In this document: positions 7,639 through 22,600 of the stretch, one piece after another
Position numbering within the stretch: the stretch's first letter is position 1
How the letters are laid out: each line of letters starts with the position of its first letter
Source: Laetmonice hystrix
Lineage: Eukaryota
DNA length: 64,000 nucleotides
Direction of reading: 5' to 3'
NCBI GenBank assembly: GCA_965235115.1
Contig: OZ249436.1
Coordinates: 25,112,001 to 25,176,000, forward strand
Position numbers and translations under genes: made by a program
The notes under the pieces: model-generated
What the model saw: only the letters and a program-made list of their open reading frames with translations
The model's database searches: none
Told to the model about the DNA's origin: nothing

Positions 7639-10600
7639 AAGTCACATTAGCTTGCTGCTTGTCGTAAAAAATGGTGCAGACCATTTCTAAAGTCACAGTA
7701 CCCCACTCCCGGCCTAATATTACGTTTCAGTATCCATATACGCTGCAAGCGGCAAGAACTCGAATACAGGCCTAAAAGTAACCCCAGTCTAGCAATATCA
7801 TACTCTCATGCCATATACGAGCTTGTAATTATCTTTAATTAATGGGCTCCGCAGCACCAACCCACTGGATTAACATTTGTTTAACAGCTTAACGCACCTT
7901 GTAAAAAATTTTCAAGTGCGTAAAAATGCGTGTCCACCTCCACATACTTTAAAAATCACTATACCCACCCAGCGACATTCACTCTAATACACGCCTAAGA
8001 GGAACTTCACTGTCCCATTTGATTCTCCAGCACGTATAGGATGTTTCAAGTAACATTCATCCACGGTCTGGCCCAATAACGTGCAACAAGGCATAGTAAG
8101 TCAATGCGAGCTTGCATGTCAAACCTAACCCGCCCCCCAGCACATGAGCTGAAAATATTCAAATAGCTTGAAAACTAGAATATAGCTTTGCTTAATACCA
8201 TTATACCATCAACTCGCATTACAGGCCTAATGCGAAGCTCCCAGCCTAAAACGAGTTTCCAATTAATTTAAAGTTAACAAGATGCACTAATAATCGATTC
8301 CAAGCCTAATTAGGCCATTGCTAGTTGGATAACCAAATCTCATACAAAATACACCCTCCCGGCAGATGACCTGAGAATATTCAACTCTTATGTCCGATAT
8401 ATCCCTGTCCGCTTTGTAGCACCCAGCCGGGCCCCCATTTTGACATTGCAACACCAATACAGCAAGTGCCCAGCTAACAGCACAAATAACAGGATTCAGG
8501 GCTTCCTACCACGTTACAAGTCACAATAGATTGCTGCCTGTCGTAAAAATATACCAGACCATTTTAAAAAGTCACAGAACCCCAATCCGGCCCTAATATG
8601 TCACTCCCAGTACCAATACACTCTGGAAGCACCATCAACTGAAATTCAGGCCTAGAACCCACCTCTCTCTACCAATATCATGCACCTAGTCCGTATACGA
8701 GGTTGTAATTTACTTTAATCAACGGGCTGCGCCGCAGCAACCCACTCTGGTCTTTGCAATCTTTTTCAATATGCGTTAACATTTGTAACCAGCTCAACGC
8801 GCCTTGTAAAATTTTTCAAAGTGCGTAAAAGTGTGTGTCCACCCCGACACGCTTTCCAAACCACTATACCCACCGAGCGACATCCACTCAAATACAGGCT
8901 TCGACCGATCCTCACTGTGCCAATAATCCGCCACAAGGCAAATTCAGTCAATGCAAGCTGGAAAATCGAATGTCAAACCTAATACTCCCCCCCCCCCAGC
9001 AGGTTAACTGAAAATAATCAACTAGCTTGAAAACTAGAATATAGCTTTGTTTAGCTAACAATCTACTCTCCCAGCGCCATCAACTCGCATACAGGCGTAA
9101 AAGCAAACGCACTGCCCCATATAATGCTCCCAGCCTAAAACGATGTTGCAATTAATTTAAAATTAACAAGATGCACTAGTAATCCGATCCAAGCTTAATT
9201 ACGTCATTGCTAGTTTCATAACCAAATCTCACAGAAAATACCCCACCCGGGCACAGAACCTGAAAATATTCAACTTTTATCTCCAATGTATCCCTGTGCA
9301 CCTAGTAGCACCCAAGCGGGCCCAATTTTGACATCCCAACACAAATACCGCAAATACCCGCCTAATGGCACAAAAAACTTTCTACCCCGTTGCAAGTCAC
9401 ATTAGCGTGCTGCTTGTCGTAAAAAATGGTGCAGACCATTTCTAAAGTCACAGTACCCCACTCCCGGCCTAATATTACGTTTCAGTATCCATATACGCTG
9501 CAAGCGGCAGGAACTCGAATACAGGCCTAAAAGTAACCTCAGTCTAGCAATATCATACTCCCATGCCATATACGAGCTTGTAATTATCTTTAATTAATGG
9601 GCTCCGCAGCACCAACCCACTGCATTAACATTTGTTTAACAGCTTAACGCACCTTGTAAAATTTTTTCAAGTGCGTAAAAATGCGTGTCCACCTCCACAT
9701 ACTTTAAAAATCACTATACCCACCCAGCGACATTCACTCTAATACACGCCTAAGAGGAACTTCACTGTCCCATTTGATTCTCCAGCACGTATAGGATGTT
9801 TCAAGTAACATTTATCCACGGTCTGGCCCAATAACGTGCAACAAGGCATAGTAAGTCAATGCGACCTCGCATGTCAAACCTAACCCGCCCCCCAGCACAT
9901 GAGCTGGAGATATTCAAATAGCTTGAAAACTAGAATATAGCTTTGCTTAATACCATTATACCATCAACTCGCATTACAGGCCTAATGCGAAGCTCCCAGC
10001 CTAAAACGAGTTTCCAATTAATTTAAAGTTAACAAGATGCACTAATAATCGATTCCAAGCCTAATTAGGCCATTGCTAGTTGGATAACCAAATCTCATAC
10101 AAAATACACCCTCCCGGCAGATGACCTGAGAATATTCAACTCTTATGTCCGATATATCCCTGTCCGCTTAGTAGCACCCAGCCGGGCCCCCATTTTGACA
10201 TTGCAACACCAATACAGCAAGTGCCCAGCTAACAGCACAAATAACAGGATTCAGGGCTTCCTACCACGTTACAAGTCACAATAGATTGCTGCCTGTCGTA
10301 AAAATATACCAGACCATTTTAAAAAGTCACAGAACCCCAATCCGGCCCTAATATGTCACTCCCAGTACCAATAGACGCTGGAAGCACCATCAACTGAAAT
10401 TCAGGCCTAGAACCCACCTCTCTCTACCAATATCATGCACCTAGTCCGTATACGAGGTTGTAATTTACTTTAATCAACGGGCTGCGCCGCAGCAACCCAC
10501 TCTGGTCTTTGCAATCTTTTTCAATATGCGTTAACATTTGTGACCAGCTCAACGCGCCTTGTAAAATTTTTCAAAGTGCGTAAAAGTGTGTGTCCACCCC

Positions 10601-13600
10601 GACACGCTTTCCAAACCACTATACCCACCGAGCGACATCCACTCAAATACAGGCTTCGACCGATCCTCACTGTGCCAATAATCCGCCACAAGGCAAATTC
10701 AGTCAATGCAAGCTGGAAAATCGAATGTCAAACCTAATGCTCCCCCCCCCAGCACGTTAACTGAAAATAATCAACTAGCTTGAAAACTAGAATATAGCTT
10801 TCTTAAGCTAACAATCTACTCTCCCAGCGCCATCAACTCGCATACAGGCGTAAAAGCAAACGCACTGCCCCATATAATGCTCCCAGCCTAAAACGATGTT
10901 GCAATTAATTTAAAATTAACAAGATGCACTAGTAATCCGATCCAAGCCTAATTACGTCATTGCTAGTTTCATAACCAAATCTCACAGAAAATACCCCACC
11001 CGCGCACATAACCTGAAAATATTCAACTTTTATCTCCAATGTATCCCTGTGCACCTAGTAGCACCCAAGCGGGCCCAATTTTGACATTCCAACACAAATA
11101 CCGCAAATACCCGCCTAATGGCACAAAAAACTTTCTACCCCGTTGCAAGTCACATTAGCTTGCTGCTTGTCGTAAAAAATGGTGCAGACCATTTCTAAAG
11201 TCACAGTACCCCACTCCCGGCCTAATATTACGTTTCAGTATCCATATACGCTGCAAGCGGCAGGAACTCGAATACAGGCCTAAAAGTAACCCCAGTCTAG
11301 CAATATCATACTCTCATGCCATATACGAGCTTGTAATTATCTTTAATTAATGGGCTCCGCAGCACCAACCCACTGCATTAACATTTGTTTAACAGCTTAA
11401 CGCACCTTGTAAAAAATTTTCAAGTGCGTAAAAATGCGTGTCCACCTCCACATACTTTAAAAATCACTATACCCACCCAGCGACATTCACTCTAATACAC
11501 GCCTAAGAGGAACTTCACTGTCCCATTTGATTCTCCAGCACGTATAGGATGTTTCAAGTAACATTTATCCACGGTCTGGCCCAATAACGTGCAACAAGGC
11601 ATAGTAAGTCAATGCGACCTCGCATGTCAAACCTAACCCGCCCCCCAGCACATGAGCTGGAGATATTCAAATAGCTTGAAAACTAGAATATAGCTTTGCT
11701 TAATACCATTATACCATCAACTCGCATTACAGGCCTAATGCGAAGCTCCCAGCCTAAAACGAGTTTCCAATTAATTTAAAGTTAACAAGATGCACTAATA
11801 ATCGATTCCAAGCCTAATTAGGCCATTGCTAGTTGGATAACCAAATCTCATACAAAATACACCCTCCCGGCAGATGACCTGAGAATATTCAACTCTTATG
11901 TCCGATATATCCCTGTCCGCTTAGTAGCACCCAGCCGGGCCCCCATTTTGACATTGCAACACCAATACAGCAAGTGCCCAGCTAACAGCACAAATAACAG
12001 GATTCAGGGCTTCCTACCACGTTACAAGTCACAATAGATTGCTGCCTGTCGTAAAAATATACCAGACCATTTTAAAAAGTCACAGAACCCCAATCCGGCC
12101 CTAATATGTCACTCCCAGTACCAATAGACGCTGGAAGCACCATCAACTGAAATTCAGGCCTAGAACCCACCTCTCTCTACCAATATCATGCACCTAGTCC
12201 GTATACGAGGTTGTAATTTACTTTAATCAACGGGCTGCGCCGCAGCAACCCACTCTGGTCTTTGCAATCTTTTTCAATATGCGTTAACATTTGTGACCAG
12301 CTCAACGCGCCTTGTAAAATTTTTCAAAGTGCGTAAAAGTGTGTGTCCACCCCGACACGCTTTCCAAACCACTATACCCACCGAGCGACATCCACTCAAA
12401 TACAGGCTTCGACCGATCCTCACTGTGCCAATAATCCGCCACAAGGCAAATTCAGTCAATGCAAGCTGGAAAATCGAATGTCAAACCTAATGCTCCCCCC
12501 CCCAGCACGTTAACTGAAAATAATCAACTAGCTTGAAAACTAGAATATAGCTTTGTTAAGCTAACAATCTACTCTCCCAGCGCCATCAACTCGCATACAG
12601 GCGTAAAAGCAAACGCACTGCCCCATATAATGCTCCCAGCCTAAAACGATGTTGCAATTAATTTAAAATTAACAAGATGCACTAGTAATCCGATCCAAGC
12701 CTAATTACGTCATTGCTAGTTTCATAACCAAATCTCACAGAAAATACCCCACCCGCGCACATAACCTGAAAATATTCAACTTTTATCTCCAATGTATCCC
12801 TGTGCACCTAGTAGCACCCAAGCGGGCCCAATTTTGACATTCCAACACAAATACCGCAAATACCCGCCTAATGGCACAAAAAACTTTCTACCCCGTTGCA
12901 AGTCACATTAGCTTGCTGCTTGTCGTAAAAAATGGTGCAGACCATTTCTAAAGTCACAGTACCCCACTCCCGGCCTAATATTACGTTTCAGTATCCATAT
13001 ACGCTGCAAGCGGCAGGAACTCGAATACAGGCCTAAAAGTAACCCCAGTCTAGCAATATCATACTCTCATGCCATATACGAGCTTGTAATTATCTTTAAT
13101 TAATGGGCTCCGCAGCACCAACCCACTGCATTAACATTTGTTTAACAGCTTAACGCACCTTGTAAAAAATTTTCAAGTGCGTAAAAATGCGTGTCCACCT
13201 CCACATACTTTAAAAATCACTATACCCACCCAGCGACATTCACTCTAATACACGCCTAAGAGGAACTTCACTGTCCCATTTGATTCTCCAGCACGTATAG
13301 GATGTTTCAAGTAACATTTATCCACGGTCTGGCCCAATAACGTGCAACAAGGCATAGTAAGTCAATGCGACCTCGCATGTCAAACCTAACCCGCCCCCCA
13401 GCACATGAGCTGGAGATATTCAAATAGCTTGAAAACTAGAATATAGCTTTGCTTAATACCATTATACCATCAACTCGCATTACAGGCCTAATGCGAAGCT
13501 CCCAGCCTAAAACGAGTTTCCAATTAATTTAAAGTTAACAAGATGCACTAATAATCGATTCCAAGCCTAATTAGGCCATTGCTAGTTGGATAACCAAATC

Positions 13601-16600
13601 TCATACAAAATACACCCTCCCGGCAGATGACCTGAGAATATTCAACTCTTATGTCCGATATATCCCTGTCCGCTTAGTAGCACCCAGCCGGGCCCCCATT
13701 TTGACATTGCAACACCAATACAGCAAGTGCCCAGCTAACAGCACAAATAACAGGATTCAGGGCTTCCTACCACGTTACAAGTCACAATAGATTGCTGCCT
13801 GTCGTAAAAATATACCAGACCATTTTAAAAAGTCACAGAACCCCAATCCGGCCCTAATATGTCACTCCCAGTACCAATAGACGCTGGAAGCACCATCAAC
13901 TGAAATTCAGGCCTAGAACCCACCTCTCTCTACCAATATCATGCACCTAGTCCGTATACGAGGTTGTAATTTACTTTAATCAACGGGCTGCGCCGCAGCA
14001 ACCCACTCTGGTCTTTGCAATCTTTTTCAATATGCGTTAACATTTGTGACCAGCTCAACGCGCCTTGTAAAATTTTTCAAAGTGCGTAAAAGTGTGTGTC
14101 CACCCCGACACGCTTTCCAAACCACTATACCCACCGAGCGACATCCACTCAAATACAGGCTTCGACCGATCCTCACTGTGCCAATAATCCGCCACAAGGC
14201 AAATTCAGTCAATGCAAGCTGGAAAATCGAATGTCAAACCTAATGCTCCCCCCCCCCCAGCACGTTAACTGAAAAAAATCAACTAGCTTGAAAACTAGAA
14301 TATAGCTTTGTTTAGCTAACAATCTACTCTCCCAGCGCCATCAACTCGCATACAGGCGTAAAAGCAAACGCACTGCCCCATATAATGCTCCCAGCCTAAG
14401 ACGATGTTGCAATTAATTTAAGATTAACAAGATGCACTAGTAATCCGATCCAAGCCTAATTACGTCATTGCTAGTTTCATAACCAAATCTCACAGAAAAT
14501 ACCCCACCCGCGCACATAACCTGAAAATATTCAACTTTTATCTCCAATGTATCCCTGTGCAGCTAGTAGCACACAAGCGGGCCCAATTTTGACATCCCAA
14601 CACAAATACCGCAAATACCCGCCTAATGGCACAAAAAACTTTCTACCCCGTTGCAAGTCACATTAGCGTGCTGCTTGTCGTAAAAAATGGTGCAGACCAT
14701 TTCTAAAGTCACAGTACCCCACTCCCGGCCTAATATTACGTTTCAGTATCCATATACGCTGCAAGCGGCAGGAACTCGAATACAGGCCTAAAAGTAACCT
14801 CAGTCTAGCAATATCATACTCCCATGCCATATACGAGCTTGTAATTATCTTTAATTAATGGGCTCCGCAGCACCAACCCACTGCATTAACATTTGTTTAA
14901 CAGCTTAACGCACCTTGTAAAATTTTTTCAAGTGCGTAAAAATGCGTGTCCACCTCCACATACTTTAAAAATCACTATACCCACCCAGCGACATCCACTC
15001 TAATACACGCCTAAGAGGAACTTCACTGTCCCATTTGATTCTCCAGCACGTATAGGATGTTTCAAGTAACATTTATCCACGGTCTGGCCCAATAACGTGC
15101 AACAAGGCATAGTAAGTCAATGCGAGCTCGCATGTCAAACCTAACCCGCCCCCCAGCACATGAGCTGAAAATATTCAAATAGCTTGAAAACTAGAATATA
15201 GCTTTGCTTAATACCATTATACCATCAACTCGCATTACAGGCCTAATGCGAAGCTCCCAGCCTAAAACGAGTTTCCAATTAATTTAAAGTTAACAAGATG
15301 CACTAATAATCGATTCCAAGCCTAATTAGGCCATTGCTAGTTGGATAACCAAATCTCATACAAAATACACCCTCCCGGCAGATGACCTGAGAATATTCAA
15401 CTCTTATGTCCGATATATCCCTGTCCGCTTAGTAGCACCCAGCCGGGCCCCCATTTTGACATTGCAACACCAATACAGCAAGTGCCCAGCTAACAGCACA
15501 AATAACAGGATTCAGGGCTTCCTACCACGTTACAAGTCACAATAGATTGCTGCCTGTCGTAAAAATATACCAGACCATTTTAAAAAGTCACAGAACCCCA
15601 ATCCGGCCCTAATATGTCACTCCCAGTACCAATACACGCTGGAAGCACCATCAACTGAAATTCAGGCCTAGAACCCACCTCTCTCTACCAATATCATGCA
15701 CCTAGTCCGTATACGAGGTTGTAATTTACTTTAATCAACGGGCTGCGCCGCAGCAACCCACTCTGGTCTTTGCAATCTTTTTCAATATGCGTTAACATTT
15801 GTAACCAGCTCAACGCGCCTTGTAAAATTTTTCAAAGTGCGTAAAAGTGTGTGTCCACCCCGACACGCTTTCCAAACCACTATACCCACCGAGCGACATC
15901 CACTCAAATACAGGCTTCGACCGATCCTCACTGTGCCAATAATCCGCCACAAGGCAAATTCAGTCAATGCAAGCTGGAAAATCGAATGTCAAACCTAATA
16001 CTCCCCCCCCCAGCACGTTAACTGAAAATAATCAACTAGCTTGAAAACTAGAATATAGCTTTGTTTAGCTAACAATCTACTCTCCCAGCGCCATCAACTC
16101 GCATACAGGCGTAAAAGCAAACGCACTGCCCCATATAATGCTCCCAGCCTAAAACGATGTTGCAATTAATTTAAAATTAACAAGATGCACTAGTAATCCG
16201 ATCCAAGCTGAATTACGTCATTGCTAGTTTCATAACCAAATCTCACAGAAAATACCCCACCCGGGCACATAACCTGAAAATATTCAACTTTTATCTCCAA
16301 TGTATCCCTGTGCACCTAGTAGCACCCAAGCGGGCCCAATTTTGACATCCCAACACAAATACCGCAAATACCCGCCTAATGGCACAAAAAACTTTCTACC
16401 CCGTTGCAAGTTACATTAGCGTGCTGCTTGTCGTAAAAAATGGTGCAGACCATTTCTAAAGTCACAGTACCCCACTCCCGGCCTAATATTACGTTTCAGT
16501 ATCCATATACGCTGCAAGCGGCAGGAACTCGAATACAGGCCTAAAAGTAACCTCAGTCTAGCAATATCATACTCCCATGCCATATACGAGCTTGTAATTA

Positions 16601-19600
16601 TCTTTAATTAATGGGCTCCGCAGCACCAACCCACTGCATTAACATTTGTTTAACAGCTTAACACACCTTGTAAAATTTTTTCAAGTGCGTAAAAATGCGT
16701 GTCCACCTCCACATACTTTAAAAATCACTATACCCACCCAGCGACATCCACTCTAATACACGCCTAAAAGGAACTTCACTGTCCCATTTGATTCTCCAGC
16801 ACGTATAGGATGTTTCAAGTAACATTCATCCACGGTCTGGCCCAATAACGTGCAACAAGGCATAGTAAGTCAATGCGAGCTCGCATGTCAAACCTAACCC
16901 GCCCCCAAGCACATGAGCTGAAAATATTCAAATAGCTTGAAAACTAGAATATAGCTTTGCTTAATACCATTATACCATCAACTCGCATTACAGGCCTAAT
17001 GCGAAGCTCCCAGCCTAAAACGAGTTTCCAATTAATTTAAAGTTAACAAGATGCACTAATAATCGATTCCAAGCCTAATTAGGCCATTGCTAGTTGGATA
17101 ACCAAATCTCATACAAAATACACCCTCCCGGCAGATGACCTGAGAATATTCAACTCTTATGTCCGATATATCCCTGTCCGCTTAGTAGCACCCAGCCGGG
17201 CCCCCATTTTGACATTGCAACACCAATACAGCAAGTGCCCAGCTAACAGCACAAATAACAGGATTCAGGGCTTCCTACCACGTTACAAGTCACAATAGAT
17301 TGCTGCCTGTCGTAAAAATATACCAGACCATTTTAAAAAGTCACAGAACCCCAATCCGGCCCTAATATGTCACTCCCAGTACCAATAGACGCTGGAAGCA
17401 CCATCAACTGAAATTCAGGCCTAGAACCCACCTCTCTCTACCAATATCATGCACCTAGTCCGTATACGAGGTTGTAATTTCCTTTAATCAACGGGCTGCG
17501 CCGCAGCAACCCACTCTGGTCTTTGCAATCTTTTTCAATATGCGTTAACATTTGTGACCAGCTCAACGCGCCTTGTAAAATTTTTCAAAGTGCGTAAAAG
17601 TGTGTGTCCACCCCGACACGCTTTCCAAACCACTATACCCACCGAGCGACATCCACTCAAATACAGGCTTCGACCGATCCTCACTGTGCCAATAATCCGC
17701 CACAAGGCAAATTCAGTCAATGCAAGCTGGAAAATCGAATGTCAAACCTAATGCTCCCCCCCCAGCACGTTAACTGAAAATAATCAACTAGCTTGAAAAC
17801 TAGAATATAGCTTTGTTTAGCTAACAATCTACTCTCCCAGCGCCATCAACTCGCATACAGGCGTAAAAGCAAACGCACTGCCCCATATAATGCTCCCAGC
17901 ATAAAACGATGTTGCAATTAATTTAAAATTAACAAGATGCACTAGTAATCCGATCCAAGCTTAATTACGTCATTGCTAGTTTCATAACCAAATCTCACAG
18001 AAAATACCCCACCCGCGCACATAACCTGAAAATATTCAACTTTTATCTCCAATGTATCCCTGTGCACCTAGTAGCACCCAAGCGGGCCCAATTTTGACAT
18101 CCCAACACAAATACCGCAAATACCCGCCTAATGGCACAAAAAACTTTCTACCCCGTTGCAAGTTACATTAGCGTGCTGCTTGTCGTAAAAAATGGTGCAG
18201 ACCATTTCTAAAGTCACAGTACCCCACTCCCGGCCTAATATTACGTTTCAGTATCCATATACGCTGCAAGCGGCAGGAACTCGAATACAGGCCTAAAAGT
18301 AACCTCAGTCTAGCAATATCATACTCCCATGCCATATACGAGCTTGTAATTATCTTTAATTAATGGGCTCCGCAGCACCAACCCACTGCATTAACATTTG
18401 TTTAACAGCTTAACACACCTTGTAAAATTTTTTCAAGTGCGTAAAAATGCGTGTCCACCTCCACATACTTTAAAAATCACTATACCCACCCAGCGACATC
18501 CACTCTAATACACGCCTAAAAGGAACTTCACTGTCCCATTTGATTCTCCAGCACGTATAGGATGTTTCAAGTAACATTCATCCACGGTCTGGCCCAATAA
18601 CGTGCAACAAGGCATAGTAAGTCAATGCGAGCTCGCATGTCAAACCTAACCCGCCCCCAAGCACATGAGCTGAAAATATTCAAATAGCTTGAAAACTAGA
18701 ATATAGCTTTGCTTAATACCATTATACCATCAACTCGCATTACAGGCCTAATGCGAAGCTCCCAGCCTAAAACGAGTTTCCAATTAATTTAAAGTTAACA
18801 AGATGCACTAATAATCGATTCCAAGCCTAATTAGGCCATTGCTAGTTGGATAACCAAATCTCATACAAAATACACCCTCCCGGCAGATGACCTGAGAATA
18901 TTCAACTCTTATGTCCGATATATCCCTGTCCGCTTAGTAGCACCCAGCCGGGCCCCCATTTTGACATTGCAACACCAATACAGCAAGTGCCCAGCTAACA
19001 GCACAAATAACAGGATTCAGGGCTTCCTACCACGTTACAAGTCACAATAGATTGCTGCCTGTCGTAAAAATATACCAGACCATTTTAAAAAGTCACAGAA
19101 CCCCAATCCGGCCCTAATATGTCACTCCCAGTACCAATAGACGCTGGAAGCACCATCAACTGAAATTCAGGCCTAGAACCCACCTCTCTCTACCAATATC
19201 ATGCACCTAGTCCGTATACGAGGTTGTAATTTCCTTTAATCAACGGGCTGCGCCGCAGCAACCCACTCTGGTCTTTGCAATCTTTTTCAATATGCGTTAA
19301 CATTTGTGACCAGCTCAACGCGCCTTGTAAAATTTTTCAAAGTGCGTAAAAGTGTGTGTCCACCCCGACACGCTTTCCAAACCACTATACCCACCGAGCG
19401 ACATCCACTCAAATACAGGCTTCGACCGATCCTCACTGTGCCAATAATCCGCCACAAGGCAAATTCAGTCAATGCAAGCTGGAAAATCGAATGTCAAACC
19501 TAATGCTCCCCCCCCAGCACGTTAACTGAAAATAATCAACTAGCTTGAAAACTAGAATATAGCTTTGTTTAGCTAACAATCTACTCTCCCAGCGCCATCA

Positions 19601-22600
19601 ACTCGCATACAGGCGTAAAAGCAAACGCACTGCCCCATATAATGCTCCCAGCATAAAACGATGTTGCAATTAATTTAAAATTAACAAGATGCACTAGTAA
19701 TCCGATCCAAGCTTAATTACGTCATTGCTAGTTTCATAACCAAATCTCACAGAAAATACCCCACCCGCGCACATAACCTGAAAATATTCAACTTTTATCT
19801 CCAATGTATCCCTGTGCACCTAGTAGCACCCAAGCGGGCCCAATTTTGACATCCCAACACAAATACCGCAAATACCCGCCTAATGGCACAAAAAACTTTC
19901 TACCCCGTTGCAAGTTACATTAGCGTGCTGCTTGTCGTAAAAAATGGTGCAGACCATTTCTAAAGTCACAGTACCCCACTCCCGGCCTAATATTACGTTT
20001 CAGTATCCATATACGCTGCAAGCGGCAGGAACTCGAATACAGGCCTAAAAGTAACCTCAGTCTAGCAATATCATACTCCCATGCCATATACGAGCTTGTA
20101 ATTATCTTTAATTAATGGGCTCCGCAGCACCAACCCACTGCATTAACATTTGTTTAACAGCTTAACACACCTTGTAAAATTTTTTCAAGTGCGTAAAAAT
20201 GCGTGTCCACCTCCACATACTTTAAAAATCACTATACCCACCCAGCGACATCCACTCTAATACACGCCTAAAAGGAACTTCACTGTCCCATTTGATTCTC
20301 CAGCACGTATAGGATGTTTCAAGTAACATTCATCCACGGTCTGGCCCAATAACGTGCAACAAGGCATAGTAAGTCAATGCGAGCTCGCATGTCAAACCTA
20401 ACCCGCCCCCAAGCACATGAGCTGAAAATATTCAAATAGCTTGAAAACTAGAATATTGCTTTGCTTAATACCATTATACCATCAACTCGCATTACAGGCC
20501 TAATGCGAAGCTCCCAGCCTAAAACGAGTTTCCAATTAATTTAAAGTTAACAAGATGCACTAATAATCGATTCCAAGCCTAATTAGGCCATTGCTAGTTG
20601 GATAACCAAATCTCATACAAAATACACCCTCCCGGCAGATGACCTGAGAATATTCAACTCTTATGTCCGATATATCCCTGTCCGCTTAGTAGCACCCAGC
20701 CGGGCCCCCATTTTGACATTGCAACACCAATACAGCAAGTGCCCAGCTAACAGCACAAATAACAGGATTCAGGGCTTCCTACCACGTTACAAGTCACAAT
20801 AGATTGCTGCCTGTCGTAAAAATATACCAGACCATTTTAAAAAGTCACAGAACCCCAATCCGGCCCTAATATGTCACTCCCAGTACCAATAGACGCTGGA
20901 AGCACCATCAACTGAAATTCAGGCCTAGAACCCACCTCTCTCTACCAATATCATGCACCTAGTCCGTATACGAGGTTGTAATTTCCTTTAATCAACGGGC
21001 TGCGCCGCAGCAACCCACTCTGGTCTTTGCAATCTTTTTCAATATGCGTTAACATTTGTGACCAGCTCAACGCGCCTTGTAAAATTTTTCAAAGTGCGTA
21101 AAAGTGTGTGTCCACCCCGACACGCTTTCCAAACCACTATACCCACCGAGCGACATCCACTCAAATACAGGCTTCGACCGATCCTCACTGTGCCAATAAT
21201 CCGCCACAAGGCAAATTCAGTCAATGCAAGCTGGAAAATCGAATGTCAAACCTAATGCTCCCCCCCCCAGCACGTTAACTGAAAATAATCAACTAGCTTG
21301 AAAACTAGAATATAGCTTTGTTTAGCTAACAATCTACTCTCCCAGCGCCATCAACTCGCATACAGGCGTAAAAGCAAACGCACTGCCCCATATAATGCTC
21401 CCAGCATAAAACGATGTTGCAATTAATTTAAAATTAACAAGATGCACTAGTAATCCGATCCAAGCTTAATTACGTCATTGCTAGTTTCATAACCAAATCT
21501 CACAGAAAATACCCCACCCGCGCACATAACCTGAAAATATTCAACTTTTATCTCCAATGTATCCCTGTGCACCTAGTAGCACCCAAGCGGGCCCAATTTT
21601 GACATCCCAACACAAATACCGCAAATACCCGCCTAATGGCACAAAAAACTTTCTACCCCGTTGCAAGTTACATTAGCGTGCTGCTTGTCGTAAAAAATGG
21701 TGCAGACCATTTCTAAAGTCACAGTACCCCACTCCCGGCCTAATATTACGTTTCAGTATCCATATACGCTGCAAGCGGCAGGAACTCGAATACAGGCCTA
21801 AAAGTAACCTCAGTCTAGCAATATCATACTCCCATGCCATATACGAGCTTGTAATTATCTTTAATTAATGGGCTCCGCAGCACCAACCCACTGCATTAAC
21901 ATTTGTTTAACAGCTTAACACACCTTGTAAAATTTTTTCAAGTGCGTAAAAATGCGTGTCCACCTCCACATACTTTAAAAATCACTATACCCACCCAGCG
22001 ACATCCACTCTAATACACGCCTAAAAGGAACTTCACTGTCCCATTTGATTCTCCAGCACGTATAGGATGTTTCAAGTAACATTCATCCACGGTCTGGCCC
22101 AATAACGTGCAACAAGGCATAGTAAGTCAATGCGAGCTCGCATGTCAAACCTAACCCGCCCCCAAGCACATGAGCTGAAAATATTCAAATAGCTTGAAAA
22201 CTAGAATATAGCTTTGCTTAATACCATTATACCATCAACTCGCATTACAGGCCTAATGCGAAGCTCCCAGCCTAAAACGAGTTTCCAATTAATTTAAAGT
22301 TAACAAGATGCACTAATAATCGATTCCAAGCCTAATTAGGCCATTGCTAGTTGGATAACCAAATCTCATACAAAATACACCCTCCCGGCAGATGACCTGA
22401 GAATATTCAACTCTTATGTCCGATATATCCCTGTCCGCTTAGTAGCACCCAGCCGGGCCCCCATTTTGACATTGCAACACCAATACAGCAAGTGCCCAGC
22501 TAACAGCACAAATAACAGGATTCAGGGCTTCCTACCACGTTACAAGTCAGAATAGATTGCTGCCTGTCGTAAAAATATACCAGACCATTTTAAAAAGTCA

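Noticed and set aside
7454..7696. 80-aa ORF on the minus strand
   Set aside because: Artefact of translating through the N gap.
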